64,000 nt of DNA from the NCBI RefSeq assembly GCF_009914755.1, contig NC_060936.1; one strand, given 5' to 3'. Each line of letters opens with the position of its first letter. Within the stretch, counting starts at the first letter, position 1. The notes beneath the pieces were generated by a model that was given only the letters and a program-made list of their open reading frames with translations, ran no database searches and was not told the DNA's origin. The translations under genes and the position numbers were made by a program. This document shows positions 24,397 to 38,108 of the stretch, piece after piece. Source of the stretch: the human T2T-CHM13v2.0 reference genome, Homo sapiens.

Positions 24397-24960
24397 CCAA
24401 TGCTAACGCTATCACTAATCATAATACAAACACAAATACTATATGCCAACACCAACACCAATACTAACACTAATACCAACGCCAACGCCAACACTAACAC
24501 CAACACCAACACCACCAATGCTAACAGTATCACTAATCATAATACAAACACAAATACTATATGCCAACACCAACCAATACTAACACTAACACCAATGCCA
24601 ATGCCAACACTATCACTAACACCAACACCGACACCACCAATGCTAACAGTATCACTAGTCATAATACAAACACAAATACTATATGCCAACACCAACACCA
24701 ATACTAACACTAATACCAATGCCAATGCCAACACTAACACCAACACCAATGCCACCAATGCTAACACTATCACTAATCATAATACAAACACAAATACTAT
24801 ATGCCAACACCAACCAATACTAACACGAACACCAATGCCGATGCCAACACTATCACTAACACCAACACCGACACCACCAATGCTAACAGTATCACTAATC
24901 ATAATACAAACACAAATACTATATGCCAACACCAACACTAACACCAATGCCGATGCCAAC
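24397..24960. repeat. 118/122-bp alternating units (240-bp higher-order repeat)
   Basis: ATAATACAAACACAAATACTATATGCCAACACC at 24421, 24539, 24661, 24779, 24901. Confidence 0.9.
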
Positions 24961-25684
24961 ACTATCACTAACACCAACACCAAAACCACCAATGCTAACA
25001 CTATCACTAACACCAACACTAACAATATACTCACACTATACTAACACTAACAGTAGTACTATGTGCCAACACTAAGACAAACACCAAACACCAACACGAA
25101 CACTAACACCAGCACCAATGTAATACTAACACTAACATGAATGCCAACACCAACACTAATACTAACACCAACACCAGTGGTATGTGCCAACACTGACACT
25201 AACTCCAACACCAACACTAACAATAATACCAACACTAACACTAATATAACACTAACACTAATGCTAACACTAATAATACTAACACTAGTGCTAATAGTAT
25301 GTGCCAATGCCAACACCAATACCAACACTAACACCAATGCCAGTGCTGACACTAACGCTAATACTAACATAATCACCAACATTAATACCAACACTAACAA
25401 ACACTAACATCAACATCAACCATATCACTAACACTAACGCCAACACTAACAGCAATACTAACACTAACAGTAATACTATGTGCCAACACTAACACCACTC
25501 TAACACTAACGTTAATGCCAACACTAACAATAACACTAACACCAACACTAATACTATGTGCCAAGACTAACACCAACGCCAACACTAACACTAATACTAA
25601 CATCCATGGCAATATAACACTAACACTAATGCCACCACTAACAATAATACTAACGTTAATGCTAATGCCATGTGCCAACACTAA

Positions 25685-26850
25685 CACCAACACCAATACT
25701 AACACCAACACCAATCCAGCACTGATGATAATATTAACACCAACACGAATCCTAATATAAACACTAATAGCAACACCAATACTAACACCAACACCAATCC
25801 AGCACTGACAATAATATGAACACTAACACGAATCCTAATATAAACACTAACACCGACATCAATACTAACACCAACACCAATCCAGCACTGATAATAATAT
25901 GAACACTAACACGAGTCCTAATATAGACACTAACAGCAACACCAATACTAACACCAACACCAATCCAGCACTGACAATAATATGAACACTAACACGAATC
26001 CTAATATAAACACTAACACCGACATCAATACTAACACCAACACCAATCCAGCACTGATAATAATATGAACACTAACACGAGTCCTAATATAGACACTAAC
26101 AGCAACACCAATACTAACACCAACACCAATCCAGCACTGATGATAATATTAACACCAACACAAATCCTAATATAAACACTAATAGCAACACCAATACTAA
26201 CACCAACACCAATCCAGCACTGATGATAATATTAACACTAACATGAATCCTAATATAAACACTAACACCGACACCAATACTAACACCAACACCAATCCAG
26301 CACTGATGATAATATTAACACTAACACTCATCCTAATATAAACACTAACACCGACACCAATACTAACACCAACACCAATCCAGCACTGATAATATTAACA
26401 CTAACACTCATCCTAATATAAACACTAACAGCAACACCAATACTAACACCAACACCAATCCAGCACTGATGATAATATTAACACCAACACAAATCCTAAT
26501 ATAAACACTAATAGCAACACCAATACTAACACCAACACCAATCCAGCACTGATGATAATATTAACACTAACATGAATCCTAATATAAACACTAACACCGA
26601 CACCAATACTAACACCAACACCAATCCAGCACTGATGATAATATTAACACCAACACTCATCCTAATATAAACACTAACAGCAACACCGATACTAACACCA
26701 ACACCAATCCAGCACGATAATAATATTAACACTAACACGAATCCTAATATAAACACTAACACCGACACCAATACTAACACCGACACCAATCCAGCACTGA
26801 TGATAATATTAACACCAACACGAATCCTAATATAAACACTAACACCAACA
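25685..26850. repeat. 83-bp VNTR, ~14 copies
   Basis: CCAGCAC anchor at 25716, 25799, 25882, 25965, 26048, 26131, 26214, 26297, 26380, 26460, 26543, 26626, 26709, 26791. Confidence 0.95.
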
Positions 26851-27377
26851 CTAACACTAATATTAATACAAGCACTATCACCAAGACTAATACATGAACA
26901 GTAAAACCAGTACTAAGAACAACACTAATACTAACACCAACACTGACACTATATTAATACAAACCTTAAGGCTAATACTAACACCAACACTAACAAACAC
27001 TAATATTAACACAAGTACCAATACTAATACTAACACTAACACCAGAACTACTAACAGTAATACTATGTGCCAACACTAAGTGGAACACCCACATCAATAC
27101 TAACAACAATACCAACACTAACACCAATCTAATACTAACACTAATGTCACTGCCAACACCAACACTAACACCAACACAAATGCTATGTCCCAACACTAAC
27201 ACTAACTCCAACACCAACACTAACAATAATACTAACACCAACACTAATACAAACACCAATACCAACACTAACACTTAAACTAAAACTAATATTAATATGA
27301 ACACTAACACCAACAATGCTGACACCATGCCAGCACTAATGCAAATGCAAATACTAACAGTCATGCCATGTTATAAA

Positions 27378-27620
27378 TAATAACAGCTAACAGAGATGGA
27401 CCCTTTCCTGTATGTGGTCTAGGGCTAGCTGAGTATTTACTCACTTCATTCATAAACAGCTCTTTGAAGTAAGGACTATTACTTCTTCCACTAAGAGTTG
27501 AAGAGACGGAGGCAGAGAGTGGCTAGGTTTTTGTCCAAGGCCAAATAGCTGACCAGGAGAGGAGTAAAGATTGAAAAACAGTCCATTTGATTCCATGGTG
27601 AGACTTTTAGTTGCTCTTCT
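27378..27620 (-). mobile_element. MIR
   Basis: AATAACAGCTAAC..GAGGCAGAGAGTGG..GTCCAAGGCC. Confidence 0.65.
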
Positions 27621-27859
27621 ACCACGGGCAGTTTGAGCTGTGCCTTCATCGCACTGACTCGTTTCTAGGAGAGCTGTGATATGGCCGTTCCTGTCGGCGC
27701 ACGCTGGCGTTTTGTTGTCATCCTGTCACGGGACCAGCTGGGGAGGGAGAAGACTGTGTGACAGGGATTGTCGCTGTTGTGTGCGGCACTTTCAAGTGCT
27801 CCTGGAAGCTCCTTATCTTTCCAGTTGCCAATAGCTTTTCTGTAGATCATGGTCTACAC

Positions 27860-28055
27860 CAGTGGCTGACTGACCTTGGCCCACGGGCCAGTTCGGGTCC
27901 TCCGTCTTTTTTTGTGCCTGAAGTTCTATTGGAACACTGCTCCACCCTTCCATTTACAGATCATCTATGGCTCCTTATTACAATGGCCCAGTTGAGTAGC
28001 TGAGGCAGGAACCACGTGCCCCACAAAGCCCCAGATATTTACTCTGTGACCACTT
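27860..28055. mobile_element. MER58A-like hAT-Charlie element
   Basis: GGCCCACGGGCCAG..AAGTTCTATTGGAACAC..GTTGAGTAGCTG..ATATTTACTCT. Confidence 0.65.
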
Positions 28056-28469
28056 CTTGTCTACAATTACCTGGCTGAATGTCCATCCCCTCACCTCCCA
28101 CCTTCCCTTCCATGGCAAGCTGGAGTCCACACTCCTAACCAGAAACAGCTTTCTGATCTTTCTGAATTTGCTAGAAAGCATATGGATAAAAGGCCCATCA
28201 ACTCGACTTAAACTGGCTTCAACCATAAAGAAGAACTGAGTGCTTTGTGTTCCTGAGAAGTTCAGGGTTATGCTGATTTTGGATATAGAAGGAGCCAGAA
28301 GGTCCCCTGGTCACCACAAGCCTGCGATTACCTCCTATTTGCTGCTTCCAAAGGCCTCTCTCCTTGGTCCTCCTTCTTCTTGCTGGTGACTCTGGGACCA
28401 CTCGCTCTGCCCTGTCCATGTCACCTGACCCTACCTTGATTAACCCCCTCCATCCCAGGGTGCTGTATG

Positions 28470-29015
28470 GAGAGGAGGCCTCAGGAGTGAGGACATGAAC
28501 TCAAGGGCCTTACTGCATTCTCACCCTGGCTCTATACTATTGGTTGGATGTAGGCTTCATAACTTTCATTATCTCCATCTTAGTTTATTTGTAAAATATT
28601 GAGCTTAATATTCCCTCCCTCACGGGATTTGTGAGATTTAAATGATTTAAAATGCACTAGTACTCATACACACTCATGCATATCTAGCACACAGTACAGT
28701 ACGTACTCTATAACTGTTCATTCTTATAACTATTGAATCATTAGATCCTCATTCTCTTCACAGCTGCTTCCTCCCTTGTTCTAAGTCATTCCCAATCTTT
28801 TGTCGTTAATGCACTTCTTGCAATTTCATTGTTTTCCTTAAGTGAGCTCGTTCATTCCCCAGCCCTCACTTTTCCTCACACGATGATAACAATAAGGAAA
28901 TAATAATAAAATGATCAACAGATCACATTTATTGTGTGCTTGCAATATACCTGTTTAAACTTGAGTGCATTAACTGATTTGATTCCCACAACAAACTTCG
29001 GGAGATGAGGGAAGG
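28470..29015. mobile_element. Two MIR fragments in opposite orientations
   Basis: MIR cores at about 28480-28730 (+) and 28900-29010 (-). Confidence 0.5.
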
Positions 29016-29441
29016 CAGAGAAAGAGACACATGGAATAGGAGGAGAAGGTCCACTGTGCCTCTAACTGGAGTTCTAGAAGGGGAGAAGGCATGTGAAGAG
29101 GGACTGAGAGTTTTTAGAAAGTAAAGAAATGGCAATCTTCAGATTTAGGCCAGAGCAATGAGAGACAGAGAACCTCACCCTCGAAAGGTTCTCCTGCACG
29201 GGCGGTGCCTGGACAAGCCCAGTGAGGTCTCAGAATTCAGAATTTCTCCCCCCGCCCTGTGGACTAAGATCTCATCATTTGTTATACCCCAGTCCAGTAG
29301 TTCTCAATACTGGTTACACATTAAAATCATCAGCAGTGCTTTAAAAACAAAAACAAAAACTCAACATATCCTTTTGGGTCCTACTCCAAGAGATTTTGAT
29401 TAAATTATTCTGGGGGTAGAGCCCTGGCATCAGTATTTCTT

Positions 29442-30033
<592 letters not shown>

Positions 30034-30245
30034 TGCCTGGCCTCAGTATTTCTTAAAAGTTCCCAGCTGACTGAACAACAAGACTGGGGGAATCAGAGTT
30101 CCCTGGAGCCATTTCCAGAATCTGCACACTGGAGACCTTTCCTCTGATCCTTCCTCCTCAAAGAGATTCTGGTCTCATGGGCCTGCACATCCACATGCAG
30201 CATGCGCTTGTTGACAACACCCTCCCTGTAAAAAAGCTGAGAGGT

Positions 30246-30430
30246 CAGTGGTTCACAAAGTGTGGTCCCCGGGCCAGTGGCGGCTGTGTTGCTAGGAACC
30301 TCGTTACAAATGCTGACTCATGGTGCCCTACCATATATACAAAATCAGGGACCCCAGGCCAGGGCCCACCACCCTTGATGGAACAAGCCCTCCCCCAACC
30401 CTCACCCCAGTGATTTTGATGCACATATAT
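30246..30430. mobile_element. MER5A
   Basis: CAGTGGTTCACAAAGTGTGGTCCCC..CGTTACAAATGC..GTGATTTTGATGCAC. Confidence 0.65.
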
Positions 30431-32354
30431 TCTGGGACCATTGTGATGTGATATTCCCATTTGTAAACGTCTGCACTACACCCAATATGGCAAACTCGAA
30501 TGTCTACAAAAACTACCAGGTAATTCAAGTGAACAGACAGGGCCAGATACAAGGAAAATAAAAGACAAGACCCATCGAGGATGCATGGCCCTCTTGTTGT
30601 CAATGTCAATTATGATAAACTTGGAGGGTATGCATCCCACCTGGAGAGAGCAACCTCTACTTGCCTCCAATCTACGTTACAGGTGCAAAGATAGTCCTAG
30701 AACGAACAGACTTTTTTTTCCCTAAGGTGCTAGAAGCTCAGATATTTAGAGGGAAAGTTCCTGATTTTTCAAACAAGGCATGTAATTAACATTTCCAAAT
30801 GGCTCAAACCACACTCTGTAGGCCAGTCAAAGCTTTATCTGTGCAGCAAATTCAGCCCGTGGCTAGAAATTTCTGATTTGAAGGCAAGGGCCATGTCTTC
30901 CTTACCATGTTTGCCCAGTGTGTGTGCTTGTGAAGGTTTGCAATACACATTGGTTGAATGAGTGAGTGAATGAGTGAGGTGAGTGAATGAATGAGCCAAT
31001 GCTTGCCCTATCCAGGATGTTGTTTAAAAGTGTCAATCATCTTTTCTGGGGGGCAACTGGTTTAATGGATCAAAATTTAGATGCAGTGGCTTCTTGGGGA
31101 TGCTTTCCTGTTTCTTTCCAGAATCACAGGGGCTGAAGGTGGTGGCTGAGAGTGCGTTAAGGGGTTTGCTGAAGGCACACTTAACCCTCTTCAGTTTAGA
31201 CAGCAACAGGCCAGTCTGTGACTTTCCTGTTTTCTTTTTGAGGAGAGCCAAATTCACATAATTGCCTTAGGCTGCTGCTCAGAAACTTGGCTCAATAAGA
31301 ACCACTCTCTTTCACCTCCCCTAAGAAACTTTTCAAAAACTCGTCCTGAAAAGTCCTGAGTGGCTTCCGCTCATGAAGATGAATAAATAAACTCCAGCAA
31401 GCTTAAACACTTGAGCAAGCAACCCACGCCAAACTGAGGTTGTTTTCCTCTTGCAGGTAATATTCATCACTCAGAAATGCCCATCAAAACTTGCAGTGAC
31501 AGGTGTACAACAGAAAGAGCCAAGAAATGTTATTGAAGTTACTGTGGCTGAGACATTCCCTGGGAAACATAAACATCCCCCCAGAAACTCCGCCACTCAT
31601 CTCTCAGGCTTCTCAGAAAAGACATCCACCCCACTGTCAAGTAGAAATATTTTTCCTGACAGGATCATCATTTTAAAATTAATATTTAAAAAAGCAACGA
31701 TGTTTTCATTGTCACCATTTCCCCCTTAACAAGGCAAAATTAGAAACGGAATTAAACAGCTTCATTCTCAAAGTGGTTTTGTGGCACGGCACGTTTTTCA
31801 GCAACAGGCGGAGGATGCTGTGCCATTGATCAAACTGTACAATCCTCAGTGATGGGTGGGAAAAAAACCTGACCTCTGAGCGGGAGTTGCAGCTTTTACT
31901 GTCAATTACAGTTTCTGCTCAGATACATGAAGAGATTTTATCCTCTGCTGTCCACTGTTCCCGTCAATACATTTTTGTAAGAGCTGGGAATACAAACCCT
32001 GAACATGAAGGGAGCCCGTGAGGACTGCCTGCCTGGGCGGAAACACTACCCTGAAGCCCAAGTCCTTGACCCAGTTGGTCAATACAATTATTGAGATCAG
32101 TTGGCTCGAAAATGACAGTAAGTGTTTTTCTCACTGATCTCTACTAAGGAAACAGCTACACCTCTCCGGGCCTGCGTGAGTTCTTAGAAACGATTGTGAG
32201 GTTCCTGTGAGAGGTAGAATAAAGAACTCCCAAATATAGGCCATCCTGGAGAAGGGGGAGACAGAGGGACACCCGTGAGGAGGACTGTGAGAAGCAGGGT
32301 CTAGCCGCGTAGACGCTGGGTGGCGTGCAAGGCTCAGCGGGGCTGGACTGTGCA

Positions 32355-32690
32355 CATACAATGCCCACAAATGAAATTAATGACATGTGACACCACGCCA
32401 GCTCAAACACATCGCATTAAAAAGACCACATACTGTATGATTTCATTGACAGAAAACATCCAGAAGTGGCAAATCTATCACAGAAACTTTAGTGGTTGCC
32501 TGGGGATGGAGGTGACAGATGGGCTGCAAAAGCTCACGGGAATCTTTTGGGGGTGACAGAAAGCTTCTGAAACGGAATTGTGGCAATAGGTACGCTCCTC
32601 TGTAAACACACGAACAGTCTTTGACTTGTATACTCAGAAGGGGTGAATTTTATGGAATGTAAATTATGCTTTGATAAAGCTCTTAAAAAG
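32355..32690 (+). mobile_element. L1M (MD/ME) 3' end
   Basis: ACCACATACTGTATGATTTCATT, AGTGGTTGCCTGGGG, GGTGAATTTTATGGAATGTAAATTAT. Confidence 0.8.
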
Positions 32691-32849
32691 AATCACATGG
32701 AGGCTATCCGTAGTCCTTCCGCCATGCCTCTGTATAAGTGTTCCTCCAAAAATGTGAGTACCCCCAAATTACCTCAAAACTTCCATCAGCAAATATAATG
32801 GGAGACACAAAAGAGAAATTAATTTTCATTATGGAAAACTAGAGGTAGC

Positions 32850-33330
32850 AATTTTTACCCATTAGATGGGTGCAAATGGAAATGTTTGACAGTATTAAGG
32901 ATAGCGAGAATGAGGAATGGTGCTTGATATGAGGCTGATGGGTTTTTGAATTGGTAAAGCCACTGTGGAGAGCAATTTGTCAGTATTTGATAAAACAGAA
33001 AATACTCATAACCTGAAGTCCAGTAACTAAGTATATACCCATTTCTTATGGGCATCCACAATTAAATTAGATTTAATTGTGGTCTTGATGCCCAATCTGA
33101 ATTATTTCTTATGGGTATATATTTGGTTACTGGACTTCAGGTTATGAATATTTTTGTAATGTTCTTATGGAGATTTGCACAAGGACGTTCACTGCAACGT
33201 TTTATCCTAGTGAAAAAGGGATAACAACAAAAATGTCCAGACAGGCAAATGTGCAATAAAAGAATGGGTATTCTTTTCTGTGGATTGCAAATGAATATAT
33301 ATATTTACATATAAAAAGGATATGAGATGT
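32850..33330 (+). mobile_element. Old L1ME fragment carrying a fold-back insertion
   Basis: TTGGTAAAGCCACTGTGGAGAGCAATTTG..ACAAGGACGTTCACTGCA..AATGTCCA. Confidence 0.6.
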
Positions 33331-33354
33331 ACTTATAAGATAAAATACTATTAC

Positions 33355-33780
33355 GTCTGTATATGTATATCTACATAGATATATCTGTATATCTACATCT
33401 ACATACATGTACATAGATATCTATATATCTATAGATAAAATATATATCTATATACTAATCTATATATCTAGATATATTTCTATATAGATATATCTATAAC
33501 ATACTGCTATAGATATATCTATATTGATACATTGATATGTACATATGGCTATAAATATATATTTATATAACATTTATAATATACTATATAATACATTATA
33601 TTATACACATACTATATATAATGTATTATAAAATAATATATAATATATATCACATAAATATATATTATATAAAGTATATAATATACAGTATATAAGATAT
33701 ATATAATTATATAGCTATACACTATATAGATATTATATGTCTATATATTATGTATCTATTATATCTAGATACAGATATAG
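33355..33780. repeat. (TA)-rich low-complexity tract
   Basis: Directly visible. Confidence 0.92.
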
Positions 33781-33954
33781 GTATGTCTTGGTATGAATAA
33801 ATCTCAAAACCAAATTCAATAAAAAATAGTGGAATATGTTCACTATCATTATTTATGTAAAATTAGCATAAACACACTTACGTAAAGGACACACATTAAA
33901 CATACTGGCAGAAGTGCCCAATGGAACAGCGGGTAGAGGCATGGGATTGGAGAT

Positions 33955-34420
33955 GATGGTTGTGGCGGACACTCTTAATTATCTCCCACATTTTATTTCC
34001 CATCCTCTCTTTTACTACTAAAGCCCCCACATTGTAGACTGGACACACATGCACTACAGTCACGTGGTTAGGGGTGGACCCGTGACCAAGTTCAATGGAA
34101 GATGAGAACAAACATTTGTGCAATTTCAAAGTCACATCCATAAGAGAAATTGGCTTGTGTGCTACTTCCTCTTTTCCTTTCCTACTGGCTGGAAGGAAGA
34201 CTCAACGCTGCTGGGCCATTGTTGTCTACGTGGACAAGGTCACTAAGAGACTGGAGGAGACCCGCAGGATGCAGGGAACTGGGGCTTTGGAAGTGCATGG
34301 AGAATAGACATGCTTTCCTTTGGTGGGGGCTTAGCAGCCTGGGTTTCCCTAAGAGACAGAAGTAAACCTGTGATTTTCCTCACTCATTGCTAATGATTCT
34401 TTCTTAAAGCACCTAAACTC
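33955..34420 (+). mobile_element. Old MLT1 LTR
   Basis: GTGACCAAGTTCAATGG, GGCCATTGTTG..GTGGAC and related MLT1I/J-like motifs. Confidence 0.45.
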
Positions 34421-35819
34421 AACACTCCACATAAAGGCATGGCATGTTTAAAGATGACTTTATACCCCCAATTTTTTATTTCTTAAAAATGTCCAAAAGC
34501 AAATACAAAAAAGCCATATTCTTGTTAATTTTTATGGAGGCAATCTATGCCTATCTTGCCTATATGTTTGCTATGTCTTTAGGTTTTTGTAACCTGACAA
34601 TGTATCCAAGAAGTATGAAGGCAGTCACATTGCTTGTACACCTGAGATGGTGACTTAAAATTTGTTTTCACTAGGAATATATCACCTAAACATACTTACT
34701 GGTTTATGGGTGAATCTATTTAATATCTCATATCTTCTCCTAAGTCCCGAGCAGAAAAATAACCCCATTCTTAATCTCATAGGCATATCGACAATATTGT
34801 CCTGTTTTTCTGGTTCAAAGATGTAGATAGAGCCCATTTTCTACCTTCAACAGCTCACCTCTCTCAGAACATCTCAACATAGAGAACTTAATAGATGTTT
34901 ATTAATCTCTTCAAATGGTCTTTTGTAAATTCTTCTTTGCCCTGTGAGCTTTCAGAAGAGAGTATTGCTTGTCTGGGAGACTGAGTTTGCCATACCCATC
35001 ACTCACCAAGTGTGCGTTTGTCACTTGGGTTCAGAAATTAGATTTAATTGTGGTCTTGACGAACAAGAGTCTTTAAAACATGCCCAGTCTAAATTATGTT
35101 ATGCATGTAAACTTTCTGACGAACACCGTAAAACTACATGAAATCTAGCTCTGGAAAGCGATCACACTGGAATCCATGAGAAACTTCACATTTTCTCTTT
35201 TGGGTCCAGATGATTGCATTAAGCCCATCTTTGGATGGAAGACAAGCAGAGAAAGGAAACTGGGAACTTAGAATTCAGGAAAACTATAAGAATGGTATCT
35301 TTCTATTTCTTCTCCGATGCCCAGAAATGTGTCTAACATAATCAGTGATTGTGATTGGTTGATTGAATGATTTTCACAAATAATTTTACTGTCCTTTATC
35401 TGTCAAAGCTTTTCTTTCCAAAGTTTTCCTAGAATAGAACTGAAAGGAAAGGTCCACAGTAGTATCCAGTTTTGAGCATTCACACCTGCACTGGCTGCAC
35501 TGAACTCTACTTTGATTCATCTCAGGCTGTAGAGCCAGAAAGCATTCAAGATACCAAAAACTCACAGGCAGAGGCAGAACCGACGGCCTTTGCAACTAGG
35601 GACTTTTCTTTGGGGCCAAAACCTCTCTACATGGGAAAATCCTAGAAAAACAGGTGTATGTAGCATCTGAAAGTTAGGTGCTTCAGTTCTCTCAGCCAGA
35701 CCCAACACCCCATGTTGCTTTTATGCCACAAACACTAATTGCATTCCTATTGTTTGCTAAGCACTGTGCTGAGGACAGGAGACACGTTTGTGGGCAAACT
35801 GATATAAACTCTGCCCACC

Positions 35820-36300
35820 TCTGACACTTTTGGCTGCAAGTAAGAGAAAGCACAACATATGGTGGCTTAAATCATAGAGAAATTTTTTGTTTAAAAGAAG
35901 TCTGGAGATAAATGGTCTCAGCTCAGTGATACCATCATCTTTCCCTTCCTCTGAACTACTATCTTTAGTGCCTGTTTTCCTCCCTGTGAAGCTTGTCACT
36001 TCATGGTTGCAAGATGGCTGCCTAAGCGCCAGACATCACTTCTCACTTGATTGTGTCTAAAACTGTAGGGAGCAGAGCAAGAGAGAGCTCTTCCCTGGGG
36101 CTCACTTCTTGTATGTGGGAAGCACAATCTTTCCAAGAAGACAATCAGCAGACATGCCTTTATATCTCCTTGGGCAGTACCAGGAAACTTGTTCATTCTA
36201 TCATAAGGGATGATAGAAAAGTATCTGGGTTGGCCCAAATAATGTGGACAGGCAAAGGAGGAGGGGGTTGGCTATGCATGATGAGGATCACATCTTCACC
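35820..36300 (-). mobile_element. Old MLT1 (K/L-like) LTR
   Basis: TTGGCTGCAAGTAAGAGAAA..GTGGCTTAAA, CATGGTTGCAAGATGGCTGC. Confidence 0.55.
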
Positions 36301-36511
36301 TTAGGGAAAGACACACGATATATAAATTGTAATTGTAGTAAATATTATAGCTGGGGAAGATTGGATGTCCAAATAAAGATCTTCTGTTACATCCTAGCCA
36401 CCAAGCAATTCATTCCATGGGGAAGCTTTAATTATGAAAAAATTTAATCTGAGAGTTTACTCCTCTCTCCCTAAGGAGAACACTTCTTAGACAATGCATA
36501 TCTATTTATGT

Positions 36512-36556
36512 ATTCATTCATCCATCCATCCATCCATCCATCCATCCATCCATCCA
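36512..36556. repeat. (TCCA)n microsatellite
   Basis: Directly visible. Confidence 0.95.
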
Positions 36557-36561
36557 CTGAT

Positions 36562-37358
36562 TGTCTTAGTCTGTTTTGTGCTGCTATAAGAGAATACTTG
36601 AGAATAGTAATTCGTAATAAATAGAAATCTATTTGGCTCATGGTTCCAGAGGCTGGGACATCCAAGATCAAGGGGCCACATTTGGCAGGGACCTTCTTGC
36701 TGCATCATCCCATGGCAGGATGTGGAAGGGCAAAGGAGCACACACATGGGACAAGGGCATGGGGACTGAACTTATCCTTGTATCAGGAGCCCATTCCAGT
36801 GATAACCAACCTACTTCTGCAGTAGCTAACCCATTCCCATGACAATCAACTCACTTCTGCAATAGCTAACCCACTCCAGTGATAACCAACCCACTTCTGC
36901 AGTAGCTAACCCATTCCCATGACAACCAACCCACTCCTGCAATAGCTAACCCACTCCAGTGATAACCAACCCACTTCTGCAGTAGCTAACCCATTCCCAC
37001 AACAACCAACCCATTCCCACGACAACCAACCCACTCCTGCAATAGCTAACCCACTCCCATGATAACCAACCCACTCCTGCAATAGCTAACCCACTCCCAC
37101 AAAAACCAACTACTTCTTCAATAGCTTATCCACTCCCATGATAACCAACCCACTCCTGCAATAGCTAACCCACTCCCACGATAACTAACCCATTCCTGCA
37201 ATAGGTAACTCACTCCTGAAATAACTGCATTAATCCACTTGTGATGGCAGAGCCCTCATGATCTTCTCACCTCTCAAAGGTCCCACCTCTCTACACTGGT
37301 GCACTGGGGATTAAGTTTCCAAGACATGAGCTTTGGGTAACACATTCACACCACAGAA
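36562..37358 (-). mobile_element. MST (C/D-like) MaLR LTR with internal minisatellite
   Basis: TGTCTTAGTCTGTTTTGTGCTGCTATAA start; GCATTAATCCA..GCAGAGCCCTCATGA..CACATTCACACCACAG end. Confidence 0.8.
36791..37225. repeat. 20-bp minisatellite (40-bp dimer), ~21 units
   Basis: Alternating CCACTCCTGCAATAGCTAAC / CCACTCCCATGATAACCAAC. Confidence 0.92.
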
Positions 37359-38108
37359 CGTATTTACCTGTCTAATAAAGAATGAGGACGTCTCAAAAAA
37401 AAAAAAAATTCCAGTAAGATTTTACAAGGAATTTGAGAAAAAGTGGTTATAACAATTATATACCTGAATAAGATATGCAGTTCTACTAAGAATTACACGA
37501 ATTTTGAAAATAGAAAGCAAAGAGAGAGGAATTAACATATATTGCAAAGCCATAATAGGTAAAACTGTGTGGCTCAAAGGAACAAATATACACTGATGAA
37601 CAGGGAAAGCAGTTTGGAAAGAGTTGTGTGTGTGCGTGTGTGTGTGTGTGGGGGGGTATATACATTTTTCATATAATGAATATTTATATTATAGAAGGTG
37701 ATATCAAAATTAGTAGGAAAACATTATTTCATAAATATTTGGTAAAGTGTGATTGTGATGATAGATCATTATGCAAAAAGAAAAATTACAATTTTCTCAA
37801 ATTGCATACAACAATACATTCTAGACAGAGAAATATGGTTTCATCTAGTATTTTCCAAGAATAGGTTCCAAGGAATGAGGAGAGCCCTGACAGCTTACCT
37901 TGTGTCCCAGAAATAAGTGAGGCCCCAAATTCAGAATGGGGAAAAGGCCAAGTAGAGGGTGAGGTGGGAAGAAACACAAAAGGTCAAAACTCCAAAAATA
38001 GTATCCAGTCGCAGACACATCAGTCAAGAGCATGTCCTCTGAATTTTAAAACCTGCTGGTATCTGCTAGGCCTGGCAAACCTGTAGCCTGCCAGTGGGTT
38101 TACAGCAC

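Larger units (their letters stand above)
24283..27360. repeat. 3-kb G-poor compound tandem array built on ACTAAC/ACCAAC hexamers
   Basis: Directly visible; contains higher-order units. Confidence 0.97.

Noticed and set aside
25685-26850. Regularly spaced repeats resembling a CRISPR array
   Set aside because: Whole units are repeated with no unique spacers, there are no cas genes, and the context is primate DNA
24228-27274. Long ORFs (up to 245 aa; NT-, LV- and TL-rich)
   Set aside because: They are translations of the hexamer tandem array, open on both strands, with no splice or promoter context
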